This document shows, piece after piece, positions 28,147 through 39,904 of a stretch of DNA of 64,000 bases. Origin of the DNA: Strigamia acuminata (Eukaryota). The first letter of the stretch is position 1, and each line of letters starts with the position of its first letter. A program made the position numbers and the translations under genes. The stretch is taken from assembly GCA_949358305.1 (NCBI GenBank), contig OX442314.1:24490001-24554000 (forward strand), read 5' to 3'. The notes under the pieces are model-generated. The model searched no databases and was not told where the DNA came from. It worked only from the letters and a program-made list of their open reading frames with translations.

Positions 28147-29736
28147 TGTGACGGTTACACTGTCATGCACTTTGTTAGTATAGGACGATTACTTCACCAA
28201 TAGATGGCGCTGATGCGTTTTAGCGGTAAATTCAAATTTCGACAATTTTTGAGTGAATAAAATATAAATTACTATTTATATTTTATTCCACTGCAACTTT
28301 AGACACTTTTAAATACTTTTGGATGTTTAAAAACTAGTTGATTTATTTGTCACATAATTCTATTGAATTATGTGCAAACTCTACACCTGGTGAAGTCACC
28401 CCCCATCACCCACTGTGAGTTGGACTCCTTTTGGATTATAGTCAAAGGGACTTAATCCAAAATGTGTCCTGCGTATCCAGTTCCTGTAGTGGACCTAGTA
28501 GAAGACTATGTCCTGAGTATCCACTTCCTATGATCTGGGATTGGATGGATTTGACTGCCCAGTGATCCCATTGGATCACTGAACAGCTATTCTCCTCACC
28601 GAGTATATATCCCCCTGCAAAACGGATATAGCTCGCTCTTGTTCTGTTTTTGTTTGATACTGATATTACTTGAGCACATATTATACTTCTCTGCGTTCCG
28701 ACAATCCGTTGTAGAAATACTTTGTATTTAGTGTAAGTATCTAGAGTGGGTAGAAGACTCACAGACACACTGCCCGCCTCTTCATGCCAACATTCCGTTG
28801 TAGAAATGTTGTAACTAGAGTGAGTAATTCACAGACACATTTAAGTGTAGTATCTAGAGTGGGGTACAACCCACAGACGCACTCCCTCCAGCTTCATGCC
28901 AACATTCCGTTGTAGAGTGCAGAATCTAGAGTGGAGTAAAATTCACAGACGCATTGGTAATGTAGAATCTAGAGTGGAGTATTTATATTTCACAGACGCA
29001 TTATCAGAGTAATCGACGCGGAGTAATTTCCCGGTTACTCTCCCGCCAGCCAGGACCGAGTGGAGTAATTTCCCGGCGATGGATAACCTTTCCTGCGAGA
29101 TATTTCGATTCAATTCGTTATTGGTTTGACGGAACATTTAAGTCTAACTTAGATGTTGATTGCACTCGGGGCAAAAAATAGCTCGGCGCTATTTTAATAT
29201 ATTTTACTTATTTTCATAGTTTTAGTTAAGTTTGTGACTCTAAAATATCATGATTAATTCCATAGAATTAATATGAATATTTATTCTCACATTGTTACAT
29301 CTCGCGGTAATTATTGATTACAACAATTATCTGCGATGCGATGTGTGTGACGATACAGAAAAGTCAACCGCACCTCTCGGATATAACCCACCCAGCCTAA
29401 CCATTTACACGCCTTTTAGAACCAAACCCCGGACCATTTAGAAGCCAAAGCCATTCATAGATGACATCTTTTACGTCACAGCAATAAGACCGTTACAAAT
29501 TCTTATTGCATGACTGAAGCCTTCAAATGATATTATTTCAGGGCTTTTGCCAAACAACTGTATAGTTTAACTTCTCGTCATTTTAGCCACTTGTAGGCAT
29601 AGTATTTATATAAGGTTCAAACCGGAATAAATGTTATATGTTTTGAGAAAACATCAGGTTTGCATATTTTACATTTTCACACAGATAGTTCACACTTTAG
29701 TTTAGCAATTGCTATCTCCAGAAGGTAATCGTCACA
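28147..29736 (+). repeat. E1 5' LTR
   Basis: Direct repeat of 40562-42151 (offset 12415); same length, and the LTR-internal ORF translations are identical. TATA-like TATTTATATAAG at about 29602 and AATAAA at 29626-29631. Confidence 0.97.
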
Positions 29737-29738
29737 CG

Positions 29739-29756
29739 TGGAGGTTCTACCGAGAT
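29739..29756 (+). other. E1 primer binding site, tRNA-Gln
   Basis: TGGAGGTTCTACCGAGAT, 2 nt after the LTR end, is complementary to the 3' 18 nt of animal tRNA-Gln (...ATCTCGGT(A/G)GAACCT-CCA). Confidence 0.85.
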
Positions 29757-30614
29757 AGGTTGCATTTTATCGAAGTGAACTCTGTGATCAAAGTGTAAAT
29801 TGAAAAAATGAATTTTCTTGATTATTTTATATAGATATTATAATTAGAAAATTTCCGATTTTTCTCTATAAATTTACTGTGAAATATCCATTTGTTTTCA
29901 AAAAATTCTCATTATCTTTTGGAAATATCTGAATTCGAATTTTTGGATTATTTTGAAAAAAACTCATTATAATTCCGAATCTCTTACGAAAAATCTATTA
30001 TGATTTTATTGAGTTTCCCAGAATATTCAGCTATATTCTGGAAAATTTCGAAACCTTGAATTTTGATCAAAAAACGAATTTGACTAGAAATCCTGCTGAC
30101 TGAAAAATAAAAGTTAAAGTATTTTATTTTGCTGGTTAAAAACTTGACCAAGTTTCTATTGTTCTGTTTTCAATGTTTTTGATTATTATTTTAATCTTTA
30201 ACAAAGTAAAGAATGTGACAAAGAGAACCACTCACGATGCAGCTCGGAGTAGGTCATCCAGATGTGACATTGTTGAGAATTTCGGATTAGAAATTATCAG
30301 GAATTTGTCAACATCGCCAATCACAGCAGACTGTCTTGACAAAGGAGATTTTCCGGAAGCTAGTTTGACAACCAATATTCAGCCACACTTGCTTTTCGAC
30401 AGTGCGACCATCCAGTTGTGCCTTTGTGACCAGTGCCCGTTTGGACCATTCTTGACCACGCAATAGGACAGTTTTTCCGAAGCCACTTCAGTTTCAGCAG
30501 CTAAGGTTGTATTTTTTCAAATTATTTCTTAGTTTAATATTAAGCGTGTTACATTTACGCTAGTTCAGTTAAAATCTTATTTTTCCTTGTTGTACGTGTA
30601 TTTCTTTGAGTATT

Positions 30615-32663
30615 ATGGCCCGTAGACCTGTAAGAGTTCGTGGAACACGAGGAAATCGTGGAGCACGACGACGTGGTGGTATGTGTGAAACACCAAGAGG
30701 AATTGTGGAGTCTGATCTAGAAAGCCAGGGGGAAGAAAATGTTCCTAGAGACGTTTCCAACCCAGGTAGTTCTCGAACGGATCCACTATCAGTCCCACAT
30801 GATTTAGAAGTTTACTGTCGCCATTACCAATTGGAAGTGACGCAGTTTTCCTCTTTGTGTGAAGCTCAACAATACACGGCGAATAATCATCACGAGAGAA
30901 ATCGTGTAATTACTCCCGATGTAGTTATAACCAACGAACAAAGTGTTTCTATAGATCGAACTGGCCCTCGTTCGCCGGCCACATATCGCTACCAGCAATT
31001 GCCTGGATGGCGAATGAATGTTGCTCGTGACGACAATGGGCAGTTAAATTCTTCACTATCTGTTCAACCTTTGATTCAGTTACCAACTAGTTCTTGGCGA
31101 TCGAATTCGGCCGAAAGAATGGGAAATTCCGGACAAGGAAATATTTCTGCGCCAATTTCCCGAAATTTACCAAGTGCGACGGCTGTAAATAATATTTTAC
31201 CCGCTCCCACTGGGAATTTGAATGATTCTTTCAGAGTTCCACAGCCTCGAACTAATCTGTCGGTCCAACCAAGGGGGAGAAATGAAAATTATCAAAATTT
31301 TCAATCTCACACCCAATCTGATGGAGATTTTAGGAATTATAGAAATTCCCGCTCTCAAGGTGGACGAGCTCCGCCGAGAAATCAACGATTTCCCGGAGCT
31401 CCTGGTGATCCGCGTGACTCCGATCCTAACTCGAGTAGTGACGAATCTCACGCTGGTGGAGGGGGAAATTATAACAATAATTTCCACCGACGTAATAATT
31501 CTCGTTCTCCACCGCCACCTGATAGACATCAAAATTTTCAAGGAGAGCCAAATCCGCCACCCAGAGACCAAGGAAGTCGGTCTACACCCAATTCGAACTC
31601 TGCTTCTAATTTGTCGGACGAAAATGTAAAACAAATTATTCAGGGTTTAGTTGGTCAAATCCGAAGCCCGAGTAATCCCAGTCAGAATTTTGGAAAAGGA
31701 ATCGAGATTCCTATTTTTGACGGGAAACAGACAGAGGTTGCGCGATTCCTTGAAATCGTCAAAGCTGTCGCACTCGGGAAAGGCATCCCTTTAGACGACA
31801 TGGTACACACTGCTGTACCTGGACGACTATTAGGCCATGCACAACGTTGGTTCCATAAGCAACGCCATACTTTTAACAGTTGGCGAACTTTCGAAGCCTC
31901 TTTTCTCGATTGTTTCGACCTCGTTCCACTTACAAGAGAAAGGCGACTTCTTAATGTAAAACAACGAGCCGACGAGTCACTTTATAGTTTTCTTCTGCGT
32001 TATACGCAAGAACAAGGTGAAGTGCCGCCAGGTGATAAAACTGGACGTGCGCAATTATTCGACAATTTAACTCAAGAAAGTTTCACGGCGTTATGTACAC
32101 AAGGAATGTATGGTAACTTTACAGTAGATGACATTCTACAATATGTAGGAGCAAATCGCTCTAAGTTTGAAAGTTCTCAACTTGCAGCAAAATTGGAGTA
32201 CGATAATCGAGAGAATCATCCTACTCCCAAACTTCACGAAAAATCTAAGATTTTTCCTTCTAAAACTTCACTACGTTTAACGCAAACTCAAGATGAAGTT
32301 GAAAATGAAGACGAGTCGGAAAATGACGACTCAACTGACGATGGTTCAATGGAGCGATTATTTGCCGCCCAGTATGAAAAGACTACTGGAAAATGCTTTT
32401 TCTGTCACGAGCCTGGACATTTTAAAAGAGAATGTCCCGCTCTTGCCAAAAAATTAGCAGGGAAATCAGACTCGTTAAATTCAAATAAAAGATTTAACCA
32501 CTCTGCTCCCAACCCCGAGTTTAAACGACCCAAACAAAATTGGGTTACGTCAGAAACTTTAGACTCCAAATTTACTGACTTCCAGAAAAACATGGTTGAC
32601 CTGTTAATTAAGCATTTACCAGCAGCCACTGAGTCAGTCACTCCCGACGAGACAAAAAACTGA
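30615..32663 (+). CDS. gag: Gag polyprotein (E1)
   Basis: First ATG at 30615 within the 685-codon ORF. Capsid-like segment (IPIFDG...LLGHAQRWF...SWRTFEASFL), CCHC knuckle CFFCHEPGHFKREC and a long low-complexity N-terminus. Confidence 0.9.
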   Translation: MARRPVRVRGTRGNRGARRRGGMCETPRGIVESDLESQGEENVPRDVSNPGSSRTDPLSVPHDLEVYCRHYQLEVTQFSSLCEAQQYTANNHHERNRVITPDVVITNEQSVSIDRTGPRSPATYRYQQLPGWRMNVARDDNGQLNSSLSVQPLIQLPTSSWRSNSAERMGNSGQGNISAPISRNLPSATAVNNILPAPTGNLNDSFRVPQPRTNLSVQPRGRNENYQNFQSHTQSDGDFRNYRNSRSQGGRAPPRNQRFPGAPGDPRDSDPNSSSDESHAGGGGNYNNNFHRRNNSRSPPPPDRHQNFQGEPNPPPRDQGSRSTPNSNSASNLSDENVKQIIQGLVGQIRSPSNPSQNFGKGIEIPIFDGKQTEVARFLEIVKAVALGKGIPLDDMVHTAVPGRLLGHAQRWFHKQRHTFNSWRTFEASFLDCFDLVPLTRERRLLNVKQRADESLYSFLLRYTQEQGEVPPGDKTGRAQLFDNLTQESFTALCTQGMYGNFTVDDILQYVGANRSKFESSQLAAKLEYDNRENHPTPKLHEKSKIFPSKTSLRLTQTQDEVENEDESENDDSTDDGSMERLFAAQYEKTTGKCFFCHEPGHFKRECPALAKKLAGKSDSLNSNKRFNHSAPNPEFKRPKQNWVTSETLDSKFTDFQKNMVDLLIKHLPAATESVTPDETKN

Positions 32664-32694
32664 TTCAGGGGGTTGTTCAAGTTGCCCAACCCCC
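32654..32694 (+). other. E1 -1 programmed ribosomal frameshift signal
   Basis: Slippery A AAA AAC (32654-32660) directly before the gag stop, a 7-nt spacer, then stem GGGGGTTG (32668-32675)/CAACCCCC (32687-32694). Pol is open in the -1 frame from 32660. Confidence 0.85.
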
Positions 32695-35600
32695 GCTTAA
32701 AGAGTTGTTTCCTTTCTCGGAATTGTCAAATGATTTATTTTTACGAAAAGATGAATTTAAATTAAGACATAAGCCTAGTCATCTCACAGTACCTTATGTC
32801 GATGATTCGAAGAATAAACCACCATCGTTGGTCATTTCTTACGAAGCCGTACCTGTCTGTCGAAAGACTAGCAGCTCTACTGGCGGTGTCGATGAAAATT
32901 TAAAAGTCATGACAGACCAACTAGAAAATTTGAGTATTTTCAGTGGAAGCTGGAATGCACCCAAGAAACCGCTTGTACCCAAGGTTTTCAAGTTAAGAAA
33001 ACTTCTTAAACTTGAAAAATGGAACAAGAAAGAACGAAAAGTATTGCTTGGCAAACTTTGCAATAGCAAATTAATTAATGGTGGCAAAGATGATCCGCGT
33101 ATGAATGTCCAAATTGGAGGTTTGGATTACAACGCACTAATGGACTCTGGAGCCACCCAATGTTTTATTGGAGTACAACTCCTCTCAAACACGGAAATTC
33201 CGGTGGAATTCATACAAGAATGTCCCCGGGGAATGCGTGTCTGCGCGGTCGGAATAGATCACCGACCTATCGGTCAAGTTTGTCTTTGTGTCAAATGGGC
33301 CGATAAAAGGAGAGTTACACCTATGACCTTCATAATTCTACACAAGAATGTATGTGGGTTAATTTTGGGTCACAATTTTATGCGTAGAACGGGGATAAAC
33401 CCTAATCCCCGACGAGCAGTGTTCACCTGTGATGACATGCCCGGATGGACAGCCCCGTACGAGACCACTGAACTTAACTGTTGCTTAGCAAGCATTAAGA
33501 CTTTGGGTCTCCAAGGTGAAGGAACTCCCACTTCACCGGACTGGGCAGAAAAACTCGTCGAAGGCTGCAACAGTTCGGCGGAAGAAAAACAGTTACTCGT
33601 AAACGTTCTTGTACAATTAAAAAACGTATTTCGAGACCAACTGGGCTGTACGAAGGTGGCCAAGCACAGCATCAAGTTTAAACCTGGTGCTACTTGGAAA
33701 CACCAGCCATATAGAATGTACAATCCGGCCAAGAAGGCGATTATGACGGAATTGGTCGAGGAGTTGGAGGCCGATGGGTTGATCGAACCTGCCACTGGCC
33801 CTTATATAAGTCACCCCGTCATAGTGGCTAAACCCGGCGGGAAGTATCGATTATGTATCGACTACCGCTGGTTGAATGCGATCACAGAAGTTGATGCAAT
33901 TCAAATGCCAAGTATTGACCTATTAATTCACCATACTAATCAGGCCAAGTACTTTACATCCATTGATTTAACTAAAGGTTATCATCAAATGGAAATGGAG
34001 GAGGAGGATAAGAGCAAAACTGCTTTTTACACCCCAAAAGGCAAATTTCAATTCAAGAGATTGCCATTTGGTCTTTGTAATGCACCTAGTTCTTTTCAAC
34101 ACCTCATGACTACCGTATTGGGTGACTCTCTATATAAACATGCTCTGGTTTATTTAGACGATATAATTATTTTTTCCGACACATGGGAAAATCATTTATT
34201 ACATATTAAAGACGTACTTGAGAAGTTGGATGCCGCGAATCTAACTATCAATAAAGACAAGTCAAAATTTGGTCGAACATCATTACGATTTTTAGGCCAT
34301 TTAATTTCGGAGGGATCTCTTCTTCCAGACCCTGACAAAGTCTCGGCTGTAAGGAATTTCCCCAAACCGACTTGCTCTAAAGACATTCAAAGATTTGTAG
34401 GACTTGCGAATTTTTTCCGAAAATTTATTCCTAACATCGCAAATATTGCTCGTCCATTGACCAATATTATGCATGATCAAGCAAAGTTTGTGTGGGATGA
34501 TCCACAAACAACTGCATTCGAAACTATCAAAGATATTTTGTGTGACAAGGACCAAGCCCTTCTCCACATGCCAGATATGAATAAGCCTTTTGTCATTTTG
34601 ACAGATGCTTCTCATTCAGGCTTAGGTGCAGTACTCTGCCAAGATGTCGAATTATTCTGTGAAAAGAAACAGAAATTAATTATGGTCCCGAAAGCAGTCG
34701 CGTACGCCAGTCGAGTGTTACACGGGGCCGAAGTAAGGTATTCTACGCCGGAATTGGAGTGTTTGGCCGTTGTATGGGCAATCGAGAGATTTCGCCCATA
34801 TATAGAATACACGACTTTCACTCTCGAGTCCGATGCTAAAGCCCTTAGCTGGTTGATGAGTACGCCGGAACCATCCGGAAGGTTTGGTCGTTGGGCCGTC
34901 AAAATACAATGTGGCGCGTTTAAAATTATTTTTAGACGCGGCGCAATGAACCAAGTAGCGGACGCATTATCACGCGCTCCACTGTCTGCACTAGACACTC
35001 CGGATTATGATTATATCGAACCAGAGGAGATCACCCATTTCTATCCAACTTGGAATGGAAACAGGTGTGCATCTTTACAAGTGACGGAAACTGAGCGCAA
35101 ACATTTTCTTACAAATGTTGGCCTTAGTTTAGACTTTTTCTCAGAATCATATAATCCAGTTAGATTTCATGATTCTGGAGAAAAGGGGGAGGAAGAAGGA
35201 TGTACAAGAGAAAATTGCAGACATATAGATGTCCACAATTGTAATCACGAAAATGTACACACTGCGCTAACAGATATCCTAAAAGTAGTTCCGCCGACGC
35301 GAGACGAAATTATCGAAGCGCAGCTTAAAGATCCAGCATGTAGTAAAATCCTTGTTTACCTAAAAGGAGACGAAAAATTAAAAAATCGTGTCACGGATAA
35401 ACATTGGTTAAACGCGATTCGTGGCTACACTCTCGACGAACCGGAAGAAAATAAAGGTGTTATGCTAATTTATTTTGCTCCGACCGATGAGGAAGAGTTA
35501 AACGACTCCGGCAACGGGTTTAAGGCGGTAATTCCACGCTCTCTCGTGAGACGTGCATTATTCGCATGCCATGGCCACCCACTTACAGGACATGCCGGCA

Positions 35601-36940
35601 TGAGCAAAACCCTAGATAGAGCAAAACAGATGTATTTCTGGCCTAGAATGAGCAAAGACACTCGAAACTACGTTCGCAGTTGCACTCATTGCCAACAATA
35701 CAAACCTAGTCAACACCAAAAGCATCGGGCAAGCTATACACCTCACAACATGACCAACCCGTGGGAGACTGTAAGCATTGACCTGATGGGACCAAAACCA
35801 GCCGGTCGTTCGCAATTAAAATGGATTTTAGTAATCATTGATAATTGTACAAAATGGATTGAAGTCTTCCCACTAGCGACTGCATCAAGTGAATGCATCG
35901 TTAATAAAATGAGCGAAGTTTTCCACCGTTGGGGATATCCAAAAAAGATAATCTCCGACAACGGCAAACAATTCGTGTCAACAATATTTAATGATTTTTG
36001 TCGAAAAAATCACGTAGATATTGCTCACATTAGCCCATATCACGCTGCCGCTAATATTACAGAGCGGGCTAACAGGACTTTAAAAATGATGTTAGCTTTA
36101 TACTCGGACATTCACTCTCACTGGCCAAAATATTTAAATTCTTTTGCCTTTGCGATGCGCACCGCTAAGTCCGAGGCAACAAATTGTTCTCCGATGATTC
36201 TTAATACAGGAAGAATCGTTCCTTTGCCATTTGACCCGCGTATTACTAAACACGCCATCAAATTCGACAAAGAGAATCCCGAAGCCTACGTCTACAGCAT
36301 TTTAGACGTAATTAGACGTGCACACAGCGAAATGCATCGGAAAATTCAATCGAATTACGAAAAGCATGATCGACTACATAAAGACAAATATTATATTTGT
36401 CAATTTGCCAAAGGAGATCTCGTGTGGAAAGCCACACATATTTTATCAAATAAAGATAAAGGGATTTCGGCAGGATTCGCTGAGAAACGTGATGGACCTT
36501 GGGAAATTACGGCTGTTCTTGGCGGAGGTTCCTACACACTACGTAAGCTTTCTGATAACACGAAAGCAAAAGCGATCAACATACAGGATTTAATGCCTTA
36601 TATCCCAAGTTACCCGATTGAGGAATGGACATTAGATCAGAAAGTCGGTACCAACGAGTCACACCCGACTCCAGATTGGATGGCAGGTCAGGTTATTAAT
36701 TCTCCAGAATTAATAAATGAACCTGTGTCCATGGAAACAGAGGATTTAGTTGAAGAGAAAGAGGAGGAAACTTCTCAGATTTCTTCTAAAGAGGACGAAA
36801 CTCCTCAAAATCCGTCTAAAAAGAGGAAAAGATTTCCATCTCCCGTTCGACAGTCTAAACGTAGACCCAAGCCGAACACAAAATACGTGACCGATTTTGT
36901 ACAACTCGTAAATTGTCTAAAACAAGTCAAGTTGGGTTAG
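32660..36940 (+). CDS. pol: Pol polyprotein (E1): aspartic protease, RT, RNase H, integrase
   Basis: LMDSGA; RLCIDYR, LPFGL and YLDD (34151-34162); TDAS; HGHPLTGH...CTHC; DLMGP and ISDNG; GPW motif. The ORF is uninterrupted. Confidence 0.97.
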   Translation: MIQGVVQVAQPPLKELFPFSELSNDLFLRKDEFKLRHKPSHLTVPYVDDSKNKPPSLVISYEAVPVCRKTSSSTGGVDENLKVMTDQLENLSIFSGSWNAPKKPLVPKVFKLRKLLKLEKWNKKERKVLLGKLCNSKLINGGKDDPRMNVQIGGLDYNALMDSGATQCFIGVQLLSNTEIPVEFIQECPRGMRVCAVGIDHRPIGQVCLCVKWADKRRVTPMTFIILHKNVCGLILGHNFMRRTGINPNPRRAVFTCDDMPGWTAPYETTELNCCLASIKTLGLQGEGTPTSPDWAEKLVEGCNSSAEEKQLLVNVLVQLKNVFRDQLGCTKVAKHSIKFKPGATWKHQPYRMYNPAKKAIMTELVEELEADGLIEPATGPYISHPVIVAKPGGKYRLCIDYRWLNAITEVDAIQMPSIDLLIHHTNQAKYFTSIDLTKGYHQMEMEEEDKSKTAFYTPKGKFQFKRLPFGLCNAPSSFQHLMTTVLGDSLYKHALVYLDDIIIFSDTWENHLLHIKDVLEKLDAANLTINKDKSKFGRTSLRFLGHLISEGSLLPDPDKVSAVRNFPKPTCSKDIQRFVGLANFFRKFIPNIANIARPLTNIMHDQAKFVWDDPQTTAFETIKDILCDKDQALLHMPDMNKPFVILTDASHSGLGAVLCQDVELFCEKKQKLIMVPKAVAYASRVLHGAEVRYSTPELECLAVVWAIERFRPYIEYTTFTLESDAKALSWLMSTPEPSGRFGRWAVKIQCGAFKIIFRRGAMNQVADALSRAPLSALDTPDYDYIEPEEITHFYPTWNGNRCASLQVTETERKHFLTNVGLSLDFFSESYNPVRFHDSGEKGEEEGCTRENCRHIDVHNCNHENVHTALTDILKVVPPTRDEIIEAQLKDPACSKILVYLKGDEKLKNRVTDKHWLNAIRGYTLDEPEENKGVMLIYFAPTDEEELNDSGNGFKAVIPRSLVRRALFACHGHPLTGHAGMSKTLDRAKQMYFWPRMSKDTRNYVRSCTHCQQYKPSQHQKHRASYTPHNMTNPWETVSIDLMGPKPAGRSQLKWILVIIDNCTKWIEVFPLATASSECIVNKMSEVFHRWGYPKKIISDNGKQFVSTIFNDFCRKNHVDIAHISPYHAAANITERANRTLKMMLALYSDIHSHWPKYLNSFAFAMRTAKSEATNCSPMILNTGRIVPLPFDPRITKHAIKFDKENPEAYVYSILDVIRRAHSEMHRKIQSNYEKHDRLHKDKYYICQFAKGDLVWKATHILSNKDKGISAGFAEKRDGPWEITAVLGGGSYTLRKLSDNTKAKAINIQDLMPYIPSYPIEEWTLDQKVGTNESHPTPDWMAGQVINSPELINEPVSMETEDLVEEKEEETSQISSKEDETPQNPSKKRKRFPSPVRQSKRRPKPNTKYVTDFVQLVNCLKQVKLG

Positions 36941-38248
36941 GACACAATATATTGAAAATATTTTATTTTAAATAAATATTTCCAATCATATTCACGAAGA
37001 ATTGTTAAATTTTATTAATTAAAAACATTTTTTTTTTTGATGTGGATAAAATTTAACAAATGTTTGAGTTATTTTTTACACAAGCTGATTGTATTCAAAT
37101 TAATCTACGTGTAAACATTTACTTGAAACTGTGTTTCCCCCTTTGGGTTAATAGAAACTTCGAGATGAGTAATTACAAACCAATCAAATTACTCCTCGAA
37201 ACTCCCCTTAACCCCTGGTTTGAGATTATCACTCACTTGTTCGCCAAGTTTTGTACTGGACTGAAATCAAGGATTATTCTCGACCCTTCGACGCTTTAAC
37301 GGATTTTCGCTGAAATTTAGTGAGTTAAAATCTAGATGATTTTGAACACTTATCGTTTATTTTACTGATTTTTTCATTTGACGAATATCAGTTCAAATTC
37401 AGAAATTATCGACACGACGCTGATTATCGAAACCATCTCGTGGACAAAATCGCGAGTAAGCCTTTCACGAACTCACTAAGTGAATTCCCGGTAAACATTT
37501 AAGCAATATTTTGTCAAAATTTATAATATTTTGACATTAATTGACAACATTTATTTTGGTTAAGCGTTCATTACGGCGGACTTAGAATTCGCACGCGCCG
37601 CACAACGTTTTTATCGGCCAACATCGCCGGAACCGAACAGCCCTCGCAAATACGTGAAGCTAGACATTAAACTAGCCAAGTATACCCTTCTAGGACTACA
37701 CCTAGTTAGTAAGTGTTTATTTTATGAAAGATAAAATATCTCTTAAGTTCCTTGGAAATTGGTGAGCAGACATGTGTTAACAAGTCACGTGTATGATAGG
37801 GGCAAACGCCACCAGATGTCGGTAGTAAATTATTTACTCGGACGAATTGTGGAATTATTCGTACAATTAAAACCATGTAAAATGACTATTGTCGGATGCT
37901 AAAAAACACTTACAAAAATATTTTTTTTTAATATTTTTATATGTTTTTTAGTTATTATGTCGTGTAGATACAAAAATTAGGTTTATTTCATTAAATAAAC
38001 ACTAATTTGAATATTTTATCAGCGATATTGTTTTAAACGATAAAATGAAATTATATGCCAAGTCGAGAATAATTATTAATCTTAATAATTATTCGACAAA
38101 TGGAGGAAACACACTAACAAGGGAACTTAAGAATTAATTATGAAATTAATCCAGTTGTTGGTCGACAATTAATTTAATTTGAAATTAAATTAATTTCCGA
38201 CGGTTGATTCATGTTCTCAAATAAAATTTATATTTTCTTGAAGATGCA

Positions 38249-39904
38249 ATGAGTCGCCGAGGTCGTGCTAGCAAGCGACAGTACGTGCATTGGGATCCAG
38301 AAGAGTCGGAAGAGACGGATTATCGCTTTGTTAATCCCTCCTCCGACCCCGAGCTCGTTGCCAACTGGGCCCGTGATAACCCGGATCTCGTACCGCCACG
38401 AATTAGGACCGCCATGGGTGTTAGCCCGACCGACTCGCGTCCTTCCAGAGGCCGTCAAGCTAGTCAGCGTGTTGTAACCTATGATGCGCCGAATTGGGAT
38501 TTTTCTGACGACTCGTCACAATACTCCCGTTCTGCCTCGAGGAGACGGCGCCAAGATGACTTCTCACAAGAAGAAGAATCGGTTGAAGAAGCTCCGCCTC
38601 CAGCTACCAGCAGGCAGTTTGCCCGACCACGAAATCCGCGTGATACCGCTAGTCGAGGCAAGACTGGCAAATCCAAAGGACCCACCAAGTCCACGTTGGC
38701 ATCTTCATCCGAAGCGCTGACCCGCCCAACATCGCAGGCTCGCTCGATATCGGAGCTAAATTTGCCAAGTTACCGGAAGCAGCGAAGAGAACACGTATTT
38801 CGAGATATGGAAGCTGCCGCCTTGGGGACTAACATCATGCCAAAGTCGAAGCTGATGTTCTGCCCATTGTGCGCAGGATGCGGATGGTTGTCGTCCTTGT
38901 TATCCGGCATTCACGCCGTAGTCTGCGTGAACTGTCACGGTGGTAAACGCGTTGCCATATCCAGCATGTGGAATGAAGAAATTCTTCCATTTATCGTCAA
39001 GGGGCTAAGTACGCCGACAGCACGCAATTGGGCGATGTGTCGCGAATGTGGCCTCATCCACCAGGGCCCGGAGCAGGCTATTTATGTAGACCCGGCACAA
39101 ATGTCCAGCACCTCGACTCCACGAGGAGGATTTACGGAGCCACAACGCGAGCCGGAAACTCCCACCCCTGCGATTGATGGAACTCCGGTTGTCTCGGCGG
39201 AAAACCTCCCAACGAACGAACCAACGTCAGTTACTGCGTCTGATTCTCCGCCGGTTGCAGCCGATTCTGGTCCGCAAGCCGCCGCTTCTCCAGAGGGAAC
39301 TTCGGCTAACAACATGATCGTAGCGACTATTCCGCTCCCCGAAGTAAACAACGCTGCTGAACCGGTTATTTTACTGGTCCACCCATATATGCCGAGACCA
39401 GACATGTCACTCACGGAACAAACGAAGGCAGAAGTGGAACATTATTTCCCAATTTTATTGGAAGCAGCTAAACGTATTAGTGTGTCGATTTCAAACGACC
39501 GAATTCCAGATTTGAGCGTGCCACTGGCCGTGATCCAATGGATTTTTCATCCATCCCGGCCGGAATCTTTTCAAACTCGCTCTTTTATTTGGTGTAAGAT
39601 TTTACAGCAGGTCTCAGCAGCAGCACACCCGTTGATTCGTGAGGGATGGCACTCTGGCTTACCCGACCATCACTTGGTTTTCTCCGAGCCAACCAGCGCT
39701 AACACCATTCCGTTAGGAGGGCCTGATCCCCTGGAAGTATTCACCGAAGAACAACACAGAATGCTCCTAAATCCACTGATCCATGACGTTGAGCCAGATG
39801 TAGTACCGGAATTGGTAGCTATTCAACTTAATTCTCCACCCGCAGCCGTCTCGGAAGTTGTTACATCCATGGAAGGATTTATTGAGGATGAAGAGTTGGA
39901 CTAG
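38249..39904 (+). CDS. E1 accessory ORF3, 551 aa, unknown function, Cys-rich zinc-finger-like motifs, not Env-like
   Basis: Long ATG-initiated, GC-richer ORF between pol and the 3' LTR. Contains CPLCAGCG..CVNCHGG and CRECGLIH. No obvious signal peptide or TM anchor. Confidence 0.85.
   Translation: MSRRGRASKRQYVHWDPEESEETDYRFVNPSSDPELVANWARDNPDLVPPRIRTAMGVSPTDSRPSRGRQASQRVVTYDAPNWDFSDDSSQYSRSASRRRRQDDFSQEEESVEEAPPPATSRQFARPRNPRDTASRGKTGKSKGPTKSTLASSSEALTRPTSQARSISELNLPSYRKQRREHVFRDMEAAALGTNIMPKSKLMFCPLCAGCGWLSSLLSGIHAVVCVNCHGGKRVAISSMWNEEILPFIVKGLSTPTARNWAMCRECGLIHQGPEQAIYVDPAQMSSTSTPRGGFTEPQREPETPTPAIDGTPVVSAENLPTNEPTSVTASDSPPVAADSGPQAAASPEGTSANNMIVATIPLPEVNNAAEPVILLVHPYMPRPDMSLTEQTKAEVEHYFPILLEAAKRISVSISNDRIPDLSVPLAVIQWIFHPSRPESFQTRSFIWCKILQQVSAAAHPLIREGWHSGLPDHHLVFSEPTSANTIPLGGPDPLEVFTEEQHRMLLNPLIHDVEPDVVPELVAIQLNSPPAAVSEVVTSMEGFIEDEELD

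Noticed and set aside
28442..29137. Minus-strand ORFs duplicated at 40857-41552
   Set aside because: They lie within the E1 LTRs. The duplication only reflects LTR identity, and they show no protein motifs.
37762..37802. Stem-loop starting GTGAGC, faintly reminiscent of group II intron domain V or a ribozyme core
   Set aside because: It lacks the proper domain V pairing and GNRA loop, and has no hammerhead CTGATGA/GAAA core.
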